From Octopus bimaculoides (taxonomy: Eukaryota), in assembly GCF_001194135.2 (NCBI RefSeq), contig NC_068996.1:51685397-51723678 (forward strand): DNA of 38,282 nucleotides, given 5' to 3'. A program made the position numbers and the translations under genes. A model generated the notes under the pieces. It was not told where the DNA came from. It saw only the letters and a program-made list of their open reading frames with translations, and did no database searches. Below, in pieces: positions 23,273-34,684 of the stretch (position 1 is the stretch's first letter; each line of letters opens with the position of its first letter).

Positions 23273-23454
23273 CTTATTGCTTTAATCTATCACTTGCAGC
23301 CCCTACTGTTCATTTTCTCTTTCTCTCCCCTTCCCCTACAAGGTGTGAGTAGCTATGCAGATCCTCTAGAATATCCTGTACTGCCCCCTGCCCCTTTATA
23401 GTGCAAATCCCATGTTCTCAGCATGAAATTGCCGTCCCTTCCCAGTTTGTAGTT

Positions 23455-23668
23455 TTGTAAGCTACCTGGAAATCTAAGTGGTACAGATGGCATGTAAAAA
23501 GCACCCAGTTCATACTGTAAAGTGGTTGGTGTTAGGAAGAACTTACAGCTGTAGAAACCATTCCAAAGCAGACATTGGAAGTATGATGGAGTCATTGAAC
23601 ACATCAGATCCTGTTAAACTGTCCAACCCATCCCAGTATGGAACACTGATGTTAATGGAGGAGGAGTT
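23455..23668 (+). mobile_element. Family A repeat fragment, sense to GLYR1
   Basis: gtggttggtgttaggaagaacttacagctgtagaaacc ... ctgtccaacccatcccagtatgga. Confidence 0.7.
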
Positions 23669-24721
23669 GAATTAGTGCAAGCACAAAGAAAAACTGGAGT
23701 CAGTGGATGGGTTGCATATGTTTTTAAAAAAGGTTTAGATTTTATCTGAGTTACAAGCTGTATTCTGAAATTAGGGGCCTTAGTAATCTTACTTTTACAA
23801 AGTGGGGAATTCCATAATGAGATTTTGTAACACAAGAAATGCCAATATTATCTCACAATTATTAGAATTTTAATTTTATCACAAATTTATATTTATAGAC
23901 ATTGTTCTGTAACAGTGCATGGAATAGATTTTGATATTGCATATCCTTTGTTAAAACAAAAATCACACAGTGTTATAGAGCAATGAAACATCATACTAAT
24001 GTTATTGTAAATGATGTTAAATTGTGTCTGTAGGTTTTAGCAGATCATATTGACCTTCAGTACTTATAATTATTTATATTTTCCTTTTCCTAATAAAACC
24101 CTTACAAACATATTTCTTTAAATTTACATCAGGGGTCTCCAAAGTTGTTGATATCGACCCCTTGGCGTCAATAAATGTACATGTATGGAGGTTTAGAATT
24201 TATTGAAGTTCCTGATTGTCTTCTTTCTTTTACTTGATCTAATAGCTGCTGTGTCATATTAAATTATTTGGAAGTTTCTATTGCACTTTATGAAGTCAAT
24301 TTAATATTTTAAGTTTCATTTGTAGAGAAAGTGACTTGTTTGTGTTTGGTCAGTTGAAACTAGTATTCAATCTTGAAAGTATTTTAACAGAATATAAAAA
24401 AACAAAAAAACTATTGTAGGTGCTACTTTAGCGTTCTTTCTACCACACTATCATAGAAATGAAAGGAAAGTAAAATGGATTGAAAACCAGAATGGAACTA
24501 ACAAAACAAAGTGGCATTTTTAAATAGTATACACATAAAATATAAACAAAAAAACAGCTGAAACTAAGATTGTGCTTAAAGTAGAACTGAAAGACAACTG
24601 TATGTGTGTGCATTGTAAAAGTTTTACGATTAAATTTGAAACAATTATTTTTTTGAAATCTCTTTAAAAATATATGTACATGTAATGTCACTGTAATAAT
24701 TATTTTTTTTTTCTTTTTCAG

Positions 24722-24796
24722 CTCTATAAAAAGGCTCGGCGTTTGGGTTATGGTGAAAGTGACATTTCTGCTGTATATCGTGCCACTAGTGCCTAA
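24722..24796 (+). CDS. GLYR1: GLYR1 terminal coding exon
   Basis: long T tract + cAG; LYKKARRLGYGESDISAVYRATSA then TAA at 24794-24796. Confidence 0.95.
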   Translation, partial: LYKKARRLGYGESDISAVYRATSA

Positions 24797-26448
24797 TTCC
24801 AATGTTACTTTTTAATAGTGACTTCTGCCATTAAATTTTAGAATGTGTGTTTTCATGTTACAATTTCTAAAAAAAAAAATGTGCTCATAAAAATGACTCC
24901 CGACACAATGTAATGGTAAAATTTTCATTATGACAGCATTCTTACTAGGATATAAACAAAACATCATTTTTACTGTATGTAATAACATTATTATTGCATT
25001 ATTGATTTCTCTGTTTTGACACTTTCCTCCATTTTGTAATATCATACTATTTTCTAAAAATCATTTAATTTCTTTCTCATTTATTGTCTTCCTGTCTAAA
25101 TGCATTTTTCCTCTTGTGAATTATGAAAAGTATCATAGAACTACAGTATGTCTGTAGTTATGGTGCTGTTACTACTATTACTACTACTACTACTACTATT
25201 AATCACCTGGTCAAGAGATCTTGTGTTCTGCTACAATCACATTTGCTGTGAATAGGAAGAACTTTTGTCTTCTGAAACATTTCATATTCACATCAGTTTT
25301 GAAAAAATGAAAATATTAAGAAAAAAAAAAAACACAACAAAATATATCATCATTTCATTGAAAGCAGAAGGAAAAAAAAAATGATTTCTAATCATGTTGT
25401 GTATATAATAGCATAAATTAGAGATTCTGTATGTAATATTCCACTGTTTTCGAATCAGTTTCTACTTTTATTTCTCTTATATGGAAATATTGTAAAAATA
25501 GATAAGATTAAATGTCTCTGTGTGTTATTTTTGATATTCAAATGTTACTTCAGCTTTCTTAAAATGTGACTTCAGCTAAATGTCTACAGCAAATGATCAG
25601 AAAGTATCTGTAAACTGAAAATTTATTTATAAAATATTTTCTATCAATATTAGTTTTACTGCAATTGTTTTAGTACAAATTTATATTGAGTTTGTTTTTA
25701 AAATTCCTTATAGCTATAATAATCCTTTGTAGCTATAATTTTTATTCAAATTCCTCAGTTCACTACATCATGATCTATTTCAGGTCATGAATTTATTATA
25801 CCACTTGTATTTTTTTTTTAATTTTATTTTATACATACGTTTTCTTCCCCTGCAGATTTACACATATATTTTCTGTTTCCGTGTACTTTGGGATATTCAC
25901 CTATCATTTTTCTCATTCCATATTAATAGATATATAAATTTCAGTTAAAGGTAAAGGTTGGTCCTTGACTGAATTAGTGAGTGAATATGTAAAAATATGT
26001 GGATGGATTGATAGGGAAAATACTGATTCAAACATGCAAGATGAGCTTCATATAGTTTGTTCAGTCGTTTTTATGGTTCTATTTACAAGTCAATGAAATG
26101 TATTGTTTTATCATTGTAGACAAGTAGACTGCATTAAGACTAACTCATTAATTCATACTTTTTATTCATACTTTTAAGACTTGATCATGATGTATCATAT
26201 ACATGTCAACATAGAAATTTATCCTCTTTTTATTAGTTCAATTTTAATTTTATTTTATTTTATTTTTAATTTTTTTTTTTTTTGAAAACATAGGATATTT
26301 TTTCGTAGTTGTCCCTCCATTTTACACAATGTCCTTTTCAAAAGTTGTGATTCAAAAGTTTCAAATGATTGGTTATTGATCACTGTTACTTTTTGAATCC
26401 AACAGCTAATATCATTGTTCACTTTATACAATATTGAACTTCTACGTA

Positions 26449-26454
26449 AATAAA
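26449..26454 (+). promoter_or_regulatory. Candidate polyadenylation signal of GLYR1 (implies a 3' UTR of about 1.7 kb)
   Basis: First AATAAA I found after the stop codon, followed about 35-70 nt later by a long T-rich tract (26490-26523). Confidence 0.4.
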
Positions 26455-27301
26455 ATGCTGCTGAAAAACAGTGGAATTCTCTTCTGCTACTTTTTTTTTT
26501 TTCCTTTTCTTTTCTTTTTGACTTTCGTTAATGTTATTACAAATGTACCTGATACTTGCATGATATATGACATAGATGAGTTTGTTTGTGTTAACCTACC
26601 TTTCTCTGTTTTATAACTTGCTATATTTTTCTAATTGCCATTTTATTGTATAACATATGAAAATTAAGTCTCACATAAAATCACATTATCATATCTGGAG
26701 CAGAGTTTTTCATTGGGATGGACACTAAGAGGACTGGCATGGGAATCAGGCACATTGCCATTAAAATGGTTTTAAATTTCTTTAATACCATGGTAAAGAA
26801 GGAAGAATTATAATAGATACAGGTTCTATTATGTTTTGTTACTCATATATTTTTTGGTTAGGCAAGGGCTGGTATATGTCAGTTTGAGAACTGCTGATAT
26901 GGTGTTTATAGCCATCACAAGTTTTCAACAAAGCATTGCTTAAACTTTTCTGTAAAATTTGGTTACTAGTATAGCTCCCCCTTATGTTCTTGTGATTTAT
27001 ATATATTTGTCTGTGAGGATCAAGAGTGCTAAAACTTCATTTAAACTGTTTATTATACAGGCAGGCATCACCCCACATTACATTTACCTCAGGCCACAAG
27101 ATTTCATGTTTACAGGAATTATAAAGTATGACCATTAACTTTAAGATATGACCTATAATTACACTTTTAGGGAAACTTAGATAAATTGTAAGAATTTTCA
27201 AAACAAATACACTTTTTTCTTAAAAGGCGGCTGCTTAGCATTTTAGTTGAGATCAGAGTAGTTACAAATTTGAAAAGCTACTATCACAATACACAAAAAC
27301 A

Positions 27302-27316
27302 CGTGTGTGTGTGTGC

Positions 27317-27377
<61 letters not shown>

Positions 27378-27380
27378 TGT
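27302..27380. repeat. (GT)n-(TA)n-(CA)n compound microsatellite
   Basis: Read directly. Confidence 0.95.
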
Positions 27381-27483
27381 GTGCCCCATAAACATGGTGG
27401 TGATGTGAAATTTCTGTCTCTAATATATATATATGTGTGTGTGTATATATATATATATAATACACACACGCACATATATATGC

Positions 27484-27900
27484 CATCATCATTTAACGTC
27501 TGCCTTCCATGCTGGCATGGGTGGGATGGCTTGATAGGTGCCAGTCAGGCCAAAGCCTGCACCAGACTACTGTGATTGTTTTGGCAGGATTTTTACAGCT
27601 GGATCCCCTTCCTAACACCAACCACTCAGCAGAGTGGACTTAGTACTTTTTATGTAGCACAAGCACAGGCAAGGTCAGTTTTGGCAAGGTTTTTACAGTG
27701 TGGACCGGGTGCTTTTAAGTGGCACCTGCACTGACAGAGTCACCAAGTACTTGTAAGACAGAAAAAAAAATCTTTTGAGTGTGGATGGAGATCTTGTGTC
27801 AGATGATGAAAGGTTAGAGTGAAACAGACACACAGATACAAGTGTCTTGCTGTAGAGGAAGTACACGGTTACTGGCCGGAGAGAGATCAGGAATGAAGAC
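27484..27900 (-). mobile_element. Family A repeat copy
   Basis: catcatcatttaacgtctgccttccatgctggcatggg ... gctggatccccttcctaacaccaaccact. Confidence 0.75.
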
Positions 27901-27919
27901 AGAAATAGGTGTGCTAACA

Positions 27920-28280
27920 TGTCTGTCATTAGGCTGTGACCATGCTGGGGTACTGCCTTCAAGGATTTAGTTGAGCAAATTCACCCCAGTACTTTTTTTT
28001 CTATCTGGTACTTATTTTATTGGTTCCATTTTGCTGAACTGCCAAGTTACAAGGATGTAAACAAACCAACACTGATTGCTATGCTAAGTGGTGGTGGTGG
28101 TGGGAAGAGGAGCCTACACAAAGACACATGCACAGTGGGCTTCTTTGAGTTTCCATCTATCATGTCTATTCACAAGGCTTTGGTTGGTCCGAGGCTATAC
28201 AAGACACTTGAACATGGTGCCATGCACTAGGACCAAACCCAAGACTTTGAGAAGCAAACGTTTTACAGTCATGCCTGTGC
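27920..28280 (-). mobile_element. SINE family C copy
   Basis: ctgtgaccatgctgggg ... ttttgctgaactgcc ... ggcttctttgagtttccatcta ... aagacactt. Confidence 0.7.
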
Positions 28281-28291
28281 TTAAATATATT

Positions 28292-28340
<49 letters not shown>

Positions 28341-28359
28341 CCATGTATGTGTGCGTGTA

Positions 28360-28560
28360 TCATCATTTAACATTCCTTTTATCATGCTTAGAATGGGTTG
28401 AATGGGTCAACATGAACCAGAGGGTTGCACCAAGCTCCAGTGTCTGCTTTTGCATGGTTTCTACTGCTGAATGTCCTTCCAAACGCCAACCACTTCATGG
28501 CACCAGCACCAGTGGGCTAACCAAGTATCTGCAGAATAAGACCCCCTCAACTGAGTTGGG
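28360..28560 (-). mobile_element. Family A repeat fragment
   Basis: catcatttaac ... aatgggttgaatgg ... gctgaatgtccttccaaacgccaaccact. Confidence 0.65.
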
Positions 28561-28862
28561 TAATTGAAGGATAAGAAAGTTAGATAGGATAGGAGCAAGT
28601 GTTTGCTGAATAAGTGAATACTTGGTTTTCCCCTATCTGAAGAGAGATATGTAGGTAAGTGTTCTATAGCGAAAAGAGTGTGAAAGAAAGATAATTAGGG
28701 GAGAAGTGAAAGAAAGAAAATAGGACGAAGTGCAGATTTGATAATTGTTAAGGGACTTTGTGTTGCATGAAAAGAGTGGTAGCCTTACTCCATAAATAAA
28801 TAAAAAATTTATCCACCAATGTGGTGTTAGGCACTCATTCTCATTGTTCGATATTAACTTGT

Positions 28863-29035
28863 AATCATCATCATCAACATTTAATGTTTGTTTCCCATGC
28901 TGACATGGGTTGGATGGTTTGACAAGAGCTGGTAACACCAGGTCTGTTTTGTCTTGGTTTCTACAATTGGATGTTCTTAATGTCAACCACTTTACAGAGA
29001 GTGATGGGTGCTTTTTACGTGGCACTAGCACCCAC
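28863..29035 (-). mobile_element. Family A repeat fragment
   Basis: (CAT)n ... cccatgctgacatgggttggatggtttgac. Confidence 0.7.
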
Positions 29036-29622
29036 ACTAATACTTTTTGGGGATACCTTGGTTTTAGGATTGATGTACAGGTTCTTTGGTAAATTCTCTT
29101 TCTAACTATAACTTTCATTATATATTCAGATAGTAGTAGGTTTCATTTTAAAGCTTCATGCTGTCTGACCTTCCCTCCAAGCTCATTTTTTCATCCTTAC
29201 AATAAAAAGGATGTAAACAAACCAACACTGATTGCTATAGTAAGTGGTGTGGGGTGGGCTTTTCAGTTTCCATCTATCAAGCCTATTGATAAAGGCTGGT
29301 TGGTCTAAGGCTATAGTGGAAGACACTTGCTCACTGCAAGTGAGTTTTGCTCAACCAGATATTAAAAATATTCCACATGATGCCATGTCTTTTTCTTTTT
29401 TTTCTCAGATAATAGTGTACGTAGAACTACTTTAGTCAAAGTGCCTTTCTCTTTTTCTAAGGCAGAAGAAGGTGATTTAAGGAAATTTGGCTGCTATTTG
29501 AAGCAAGTCATGCAAACACAGGAGCTCCAAGTTGTAAATAAAACAGTAGAGCAAAGGTCTCTTCTTTCATACACTGAATCTTTTGTTAGGACATACTAAG
29601 ATAATACTGTTTCTCTCTCACA

Positions 29623-29850
29623 CATCATCATCATCGTTTAACGTCTGTTTTCCATGCTGGCATGGGTTGGACGGTTTGACCAAGGTCTGGTAAAGCCAAC
29701 GGCTGCACCAGACTCCAATCTGATCTGGTAATGTTTCTGCAGCTGGATGCCCTTCCTAACGCCAACCACTCTGAGAGTGTAGTGGGTGCTTTTTATGTGC
29801 CACCAGCACAAGGGCCAGTCACGGAGCACTGGCATCACTGTTTTAGAGCT
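29623..29850 (-). mobile_element. Family A repeat fragment, well preserved
   Basis: (CAT)n cgtttaacgtctgttttccatgctggcatgggttggacggtttgac ... gctggatgcccttcctaacgccaaccact. Confidence 0.8.
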
Positions 29851-29898
29851 GATGTTGCAGTGTATGTATAAGATGAGAACAAAGTATATATATATATA

Positions 29899-30255
29899 GT
29901 TTGTTTCAGGTATTTGACTGCAGCCATGCTGGGCCATTGCCTTGAAATTTTAGTTGAATGTATCAACCCCAGTACTTTTTTTTTTTTTAATCCCTGGTCA
30001 CTCTATCAGTCTCTTTTGCTGAACTGCTGGGGATTTAAACACACCGGCACTGGTTGTCAAGTGGTGGGAGGGCAAACAGATAATCACACATATACGATGG
30101 GCTTCTTTCAGTTTCCGCCTACCAAGTCTACTCACAAAACTTTGGTAGAAGAGGCTATAGTAGAAGACACTTACCCAAGGTGCCAGACAGTGAGACTGAA
30201 CCTGGAACCATGTGGTTAGGAAACATGCTTCTTAACACGCAGCCACGACTGCGCC
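29899..30255 (-). mobile_element. Near full-length tRNA-derived SINE family C
   Basis: Minus strand starts ggcgcagtcgtggctgcgtgttaagaag...ggttccaggttcagtc and ends with the gctggcc/cagcatggctgcagtcaaata-type 3' block. Confidence 0.75.
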
Positions 30256-30503
30256 TATATATGTATATATTTATTAGAAGCTAAATCTTCTTAAACCATA
30301 ACTCTTTAGTTTCATGTTTCTGAATGTCCAAATGAAAATACGAAACTGATTTAAAAAAAAAAAAAAAAAAAAAAAACTTACAGTCCTACATTGCGCATGC
30401 TGCTGAAGATAAGGAAATAGCAGGTGGGAGCAAGAGGACTTGCCTTTTATCAGTCAGGGTAAGTCAGACTTAGAGGAATTTCCTCGATAGTTTCTAATTA
30501 TAG

Positions 30504-31383
30504 GGAACCTGTGGAAGAGGTAGATCCAGGAAGACCTGGGATGAGGTGGTGAAGCACGACCTTGGAACATTGGGCCTTACCGAGTCAATGACGAGTGACT
30601 GAAACCTTTGGAGATATTCTGTGCTTGAGAAGACCCAACAAGCCAAGTGAGACCATAGCCTGTGGCCTATGCCAGTGGGTGTAACCAGTCCACTTATGAA
30701 TATCCTTAATTCAAGACATTGAGGCAAGTGAAATCAAAATCAAAATCGCTGACGTGGCCGATGACTTCTGCCTGATTGGCACTCGTACCAGTGGAATGTT
30801 AAAAGCACATCCGAACGTGGGGTGTAACTGGCCTATTTATGAATACCCCTCATTCATTGGACAATAAACTTTGCTTGCAAAGACCTATTGAGGCAAGTGT
30901 AAACAAATCAAAATCACTGATGTAGCCTATGACAGTTACCGCTTGATTGACACTCGTGCCAGTGGAACATTAAAAGCATATCTGAGCATGATCGTTGCCA
31001 GGGCCATGGATTGGCTCCTATGCTGGTGGCACGTAAAAAGTGCCATTCGAGCGTGATCGTTGCCAGCGTCGCCTTATCGGCACATGTGCTGGTGGCACGT
31101 GAAAAACAACATTCGAGCGTGGTCGTTGCCAGTGGCGCCGGACTGGTTCCCGTGCAGGTAGCACGTAAAAAACACTTTTTGAGCGTGGTCGTTGCCAGAA
31201 CTGCCTGGCTGGTCCTTGTGCCGGTGGCACGTAAAAGCACCCATTACACTCTCGGAGGGTTGGCGTCAGGAAGGGCATCCAGCTGTTGAATCTTTGCCAG
31301 ATCAGTCAAACCGTCCAACCCATGCCAGCATGGAAAGCGGACGTTAAACGAGGACGACGGCGATGATGATGATGATGATGATG
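30504..31383 (+). mobile_element. 5'-truncated RTE-clade LINE: ORF C-terminus plus ~730-bp 3' UTR and (GAT)n tail; longest family A copy
   Basis: 30504-30650 GTCGRGRSRKTWDEVVKHDLGTLGLTESMTSD*NLWRYSVLEKTQQAK* (RTE-type GxRxRGRxxKTW...DRxxWR motif; TGA at 30600 probably from CGA); UTR contains the family A sequence. Confidence 0.8.
30956..31240 (+). repeat. Tandem ~66-bp units inside the LINE 3' UTR
   Basis: Unit starts at 30956, 31020, 31086, 31152, 31218 (gtgc..gtggcacgtaaaa...gagcgtg.tcgttgccag). Confidence 0.85.
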
Positions 31384-31769
31384 TAGGTAGGGTAAAATCC
31401 AAGCTGTGACCTCTTGAAGCACATCTGCATATTCCTGTATTGCAATCCAGTGTGTAGTTGTATTGATGACCAAGACCTTGGCCATGTTAAAGTTGAAAAA
31501 TCTAGAAATATTATTATTTGCTGAGTAATTGTATATCAAAACTGAAAATTAATTTTTTTTTGGGGGGGGGACATTATTCACCATTACACGTTTCATTTGC
31601 TAGTTATTCTGATGTAGATAGAAATATGACTCATCAGTGGTTGGCTGCATTTGAACTTAAATGAAAAACAGGGATTTATTATAGCAGCTCAGGATCAATG
31701 TCTGCCCACCAGAAACTAAGCAAGTATTGTTAAAAATTAGGCTGATCTTACTTGTTGCTTCTGTCCCCA

Positions 31770-33837
31770 GAGGAACAAAAATAACACCAAGTTTGTGCAG
31801 CTAGACATATCGAACCACTACCAGTCCATAAGCCCAGTTCTACTAAACAAGGCATTATTGTTCGCAAAGAGCAACTCCGACCTCACTAGGGAAGAAATAA
31901 ATATAATTTTGGAGCTAGGAGTACTATAATAGAATACAGAGGTAAACTGGACTAGATCAGACGGTAGATTCATTCAACATAACAATGGGATCTAGTAGCT
32001 CAGCGCTGGTGACCGATATAGTAGGAATATACCTATTATCGCAAATACAATCTAGGATCCCGAACATGTGTGTGTGTGTGTGAGGTTATATAGTGACGAC
32101 ACATTGTTTACAATTCAAAAAAGTAGCAATATAGAAATAGAAAGATGGAAGAAAAAACTTAAAACTCTTCAAGAACTTTGGATTGGAAATTGAAATAGAA
32201 AAAATCGTAGAGTGGTGAAATTCCTAGAGGTAAATTTAACCTCATCGAGGGAAACCGTTCCATAAGCCAAATGAGAACTTAAAATTTGTGAGCCGAGGAT
32301 CCAACCATCCGGAACATATACTGCGAAGTATCCCAAGAAGCGTGTGTAATAGAATATACAGACTATCCGCGGATGAACGATGTGCACGTCGAATATTCTA
32401 ATATTCTTTTCTACTCTAGGCACAAAGTCCGAAACTTTTGGGGAGTGGGGGCCAGTCGATTAGATCGATCCCAGTACATAACAGGTACTTAATTTATCGA
32501 CCTCGAAAGGATGAAAGGCAAAGTCCACCTCGGCAGAATTTGAACTCAGAACGTAAAGACAGACGAAATACCGCTATGTATTTCGCCCGACGTGCTAACG
32601 ATTCTGCACGCCGAATATTACAACTCAGCACTAGCTAGAGCAGGATATAAGGATAGAATTATATAGATACAGAATAAGACAGAAGGCAGGATACCCAGAA
32701 AATATTATTAATAGTAGAGATAATCATATAGATAACTGCAGAATATCATAACTTAGAGAAGCAGTAAATATAACAGGGACCAAAAGGAAAGAAAAAACCA
32801 TGACACTAAGAAGGGTAGATATGAAACAGAAGCCAGGAAACAGCAACCAAAGGTAGAAAGAAGGATACCGTTAAACGCCAATAGAAATAGCAAAGCAGTA
32901 GAAGCAAAGGAAACAAAATACACTAACGAACCCAATAGATGTATCCAATGAAATGGCAAAATAAGTGATGAAATTACTTGGTTTAATCCAATTTTCAATT
33001 CAGAAATAAAATCCAAAATAGGGCAGGAATTCTTCGCAGCATTAGAGAGGCACTTCCCAAGATCTTCCAAATATCACAAAATCATCAACAGACATAATGT
33101 AAAATTAGCATACGCGACCTCTCACAATATCTATACACAAACTGAATATCACATACACAAACTAAATAAAATGCAACGGGAGGGGAAATACGGAGCAACC
33201 GTAGATCATAGCACAGTACATGAGGGGTAATAAAAGTTCATCAATAGCAAAAACGGATCCAGACAACACCACAGAATTGACAATCCAATCCATACATAAG
33301 GAAAATGAGTACATGACTACAAGAAGAAGGGTGACAATCAGTTGTAACTCCACTGGGAGAATGGAAAAAAATAATATCATATGTAACTTCAGACGTAAAG
33401 AGGAATGCAGGTGTAACAACAAATGCATGATAAAGAATGTACTTTACAAATGTGAGGTGAAGGCAGGCACACTGAAATACGCGTACATCGGTGGCACCGG
33501 AGACACCATGAAAAATCGTCTGCGTAGCCATCTTACATCATTTTCCAGTATAAACGAAAGGCACTCTACATAACTATCGAACCTCGCCTGGAAGTTCAAA
33601 CAGAATGGAGTGGAGCATACTACCCACTGGTCTATTATAGAAAATGCTACACCATACATCAGAACATCACGGGTATGCAACATATGTCTAGGGGAAACTC
33701 TGGAAATCATCACATCCAGGGAAAATGTGATTAATAGACACTCCGAAGTGATTATATCATGTAAACATAAAAGCAAATTATCGTTTCTGGAATTCGAAAG
33801 AAACATTTTGAAACAGAATAACATCAACCGCCCTTAG
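31770..33837 (+). mobile_element. Decayed 5'-truncated Penelope-like element (RT, thumb, long linker, GIY-YIG endonuclease), Naiad-like
   Basis: FVQLDISNHYQSIS (31792), TMGSSSSA, LYSDD (32086-32100), KFLEVNL, SNHPEHILRSIP, YYNSALARAGYKD, ITWFNP (32973), ERHFP, CNFRRKEECRCNNKC, VLY...YIGGT...KNRLRSH, CNICLGE, NRHSE, CKH; stops (e.g. TAA 33571) and frameshifts. Confidence 0.88.
32398..32604 (-). mobile_element. SINE family B inserted into the PLE thumb domain
   Basis: Inverted core (gtacttaatttatcgacctcgaaaggatgaaaggcaaagtc...gaatttgaactc); TSD tgcacg(t/c)cgaatatt at 32383-32397 and 32605-32619 (14/15). Confidence 0.9.
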
Positions 33838-34457
33838 CTTATATATTATAGAAAAAGGAAGGAACATAAACAAACCAACCAATGTATAGGATGTTGTATA
33901 CAATACCACTGTACCACTAGAAATAATTAAAATAATTAAAAGTATCATTTATCAATTCAGACAATGAACTCCAACAGCTGAAGGCTGCACCCGCTGACCT
34001 GTTTGCTTCAGACTCCATTGAAAATAGTCATGCCTTAAATGAGATTGAACAAAGGAATGTACTACCCACCCTTAACATCTGCAGAGTGAATAGCAAAATA
34101 AGTCCAACATCACCACACACACCTCCATCCCCATTTAATTACCATTCATTCCTCTCCTTCATCATCTCCCCCTCCTCCCCACCAAATACTCATAGAAATA
34201 CCCACATAACTCTGCCAACCTTCTCATTGGTCAAAAGGGATAAACAACCGTCTGTTAAACATCCTGAAGAAATGAATCCATGAATACGACCTACCCGATG
34301 CCCACGGATACTAGGGACTACACTGTAATCATCCCAGGAATACGAACTGTGATCTTAAGAGGCATGTGATTTGTGGAAACGAGTGATGCATTTAAATATT
34401 TATAAATTCCATCCGAGGATTATTACCATTGAACTTAACACGTTTTTCCCCCCATTG

Positions 34458-34605
34458 TCTCTGTCTATTTCCTCTTATTCCTTTCTGTGGAAGAGCGTAG
34501 GCTCAAAACATGAGAGACTTTCCATTTTTCCCGAGCATCAAACAAATACACATGCTTGTTGTTCATACGCCTGTCTTCGTGTTTTGTTTTCTGTAAATTT
34601 GAACT
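34458..34605 (+). repeat. PLE pseudo-LTR-like repeat, copy 1
   Basis: About 148 bp, about 25 differences from 36489-36637 counted by eye. Confidence 0.75.
34481..34516 (+). ncRNA. Degenerate minimal hammerhead-ribozyme-like motif (copy 1)
   Basis: cttt-CTGTGGA-A-GAGC-gtag-GCTC-AAA-ACAT-G-agag; minimal PLE hammerhead architecture, but core positions deviate. Confidence 0.35.
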
Positions 34606-34684
34606 GTGTGTGTGTGTGTGTGTGCGCGCGCGTACGTTTCCACCCGCATATCTAGGCTGTCAGCTAACGAGAAAATATTTAAAC

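Noticed and set aside
30956-31240. Regularly spaced repeats as a CRISPR array
   Set aside because: Whole 66-bp units are homologous (no unique spacers), they lie in a LINE 3' UTR, recur at 16.3-16.5 kb, the host is eukaryotic and no cas genes are present
30914-31289. ORFs with repeated peptide motifs (ATST.../VVVAS...)
   Set aside because: Readouts of the non-coding 66-bp tandem units; similar ORFs arise from every family A copy
32949-32951. In-frame TGA in the Naiad-like ORF as selenocysteine (some Naiads encode selenoproteins)
   Set aside because: Not at a conserved Cys; the Cys codons of the linker and EN are TGT/TGC; the copy also has TAA/TAG stops, so decay explains it
33960-34015. Hairpin after the PLE stop as a SECIS element
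   Set aside because: ATGA and an AA loop are present but helix II does not pair over the needed length, and there is no credible Sec codon
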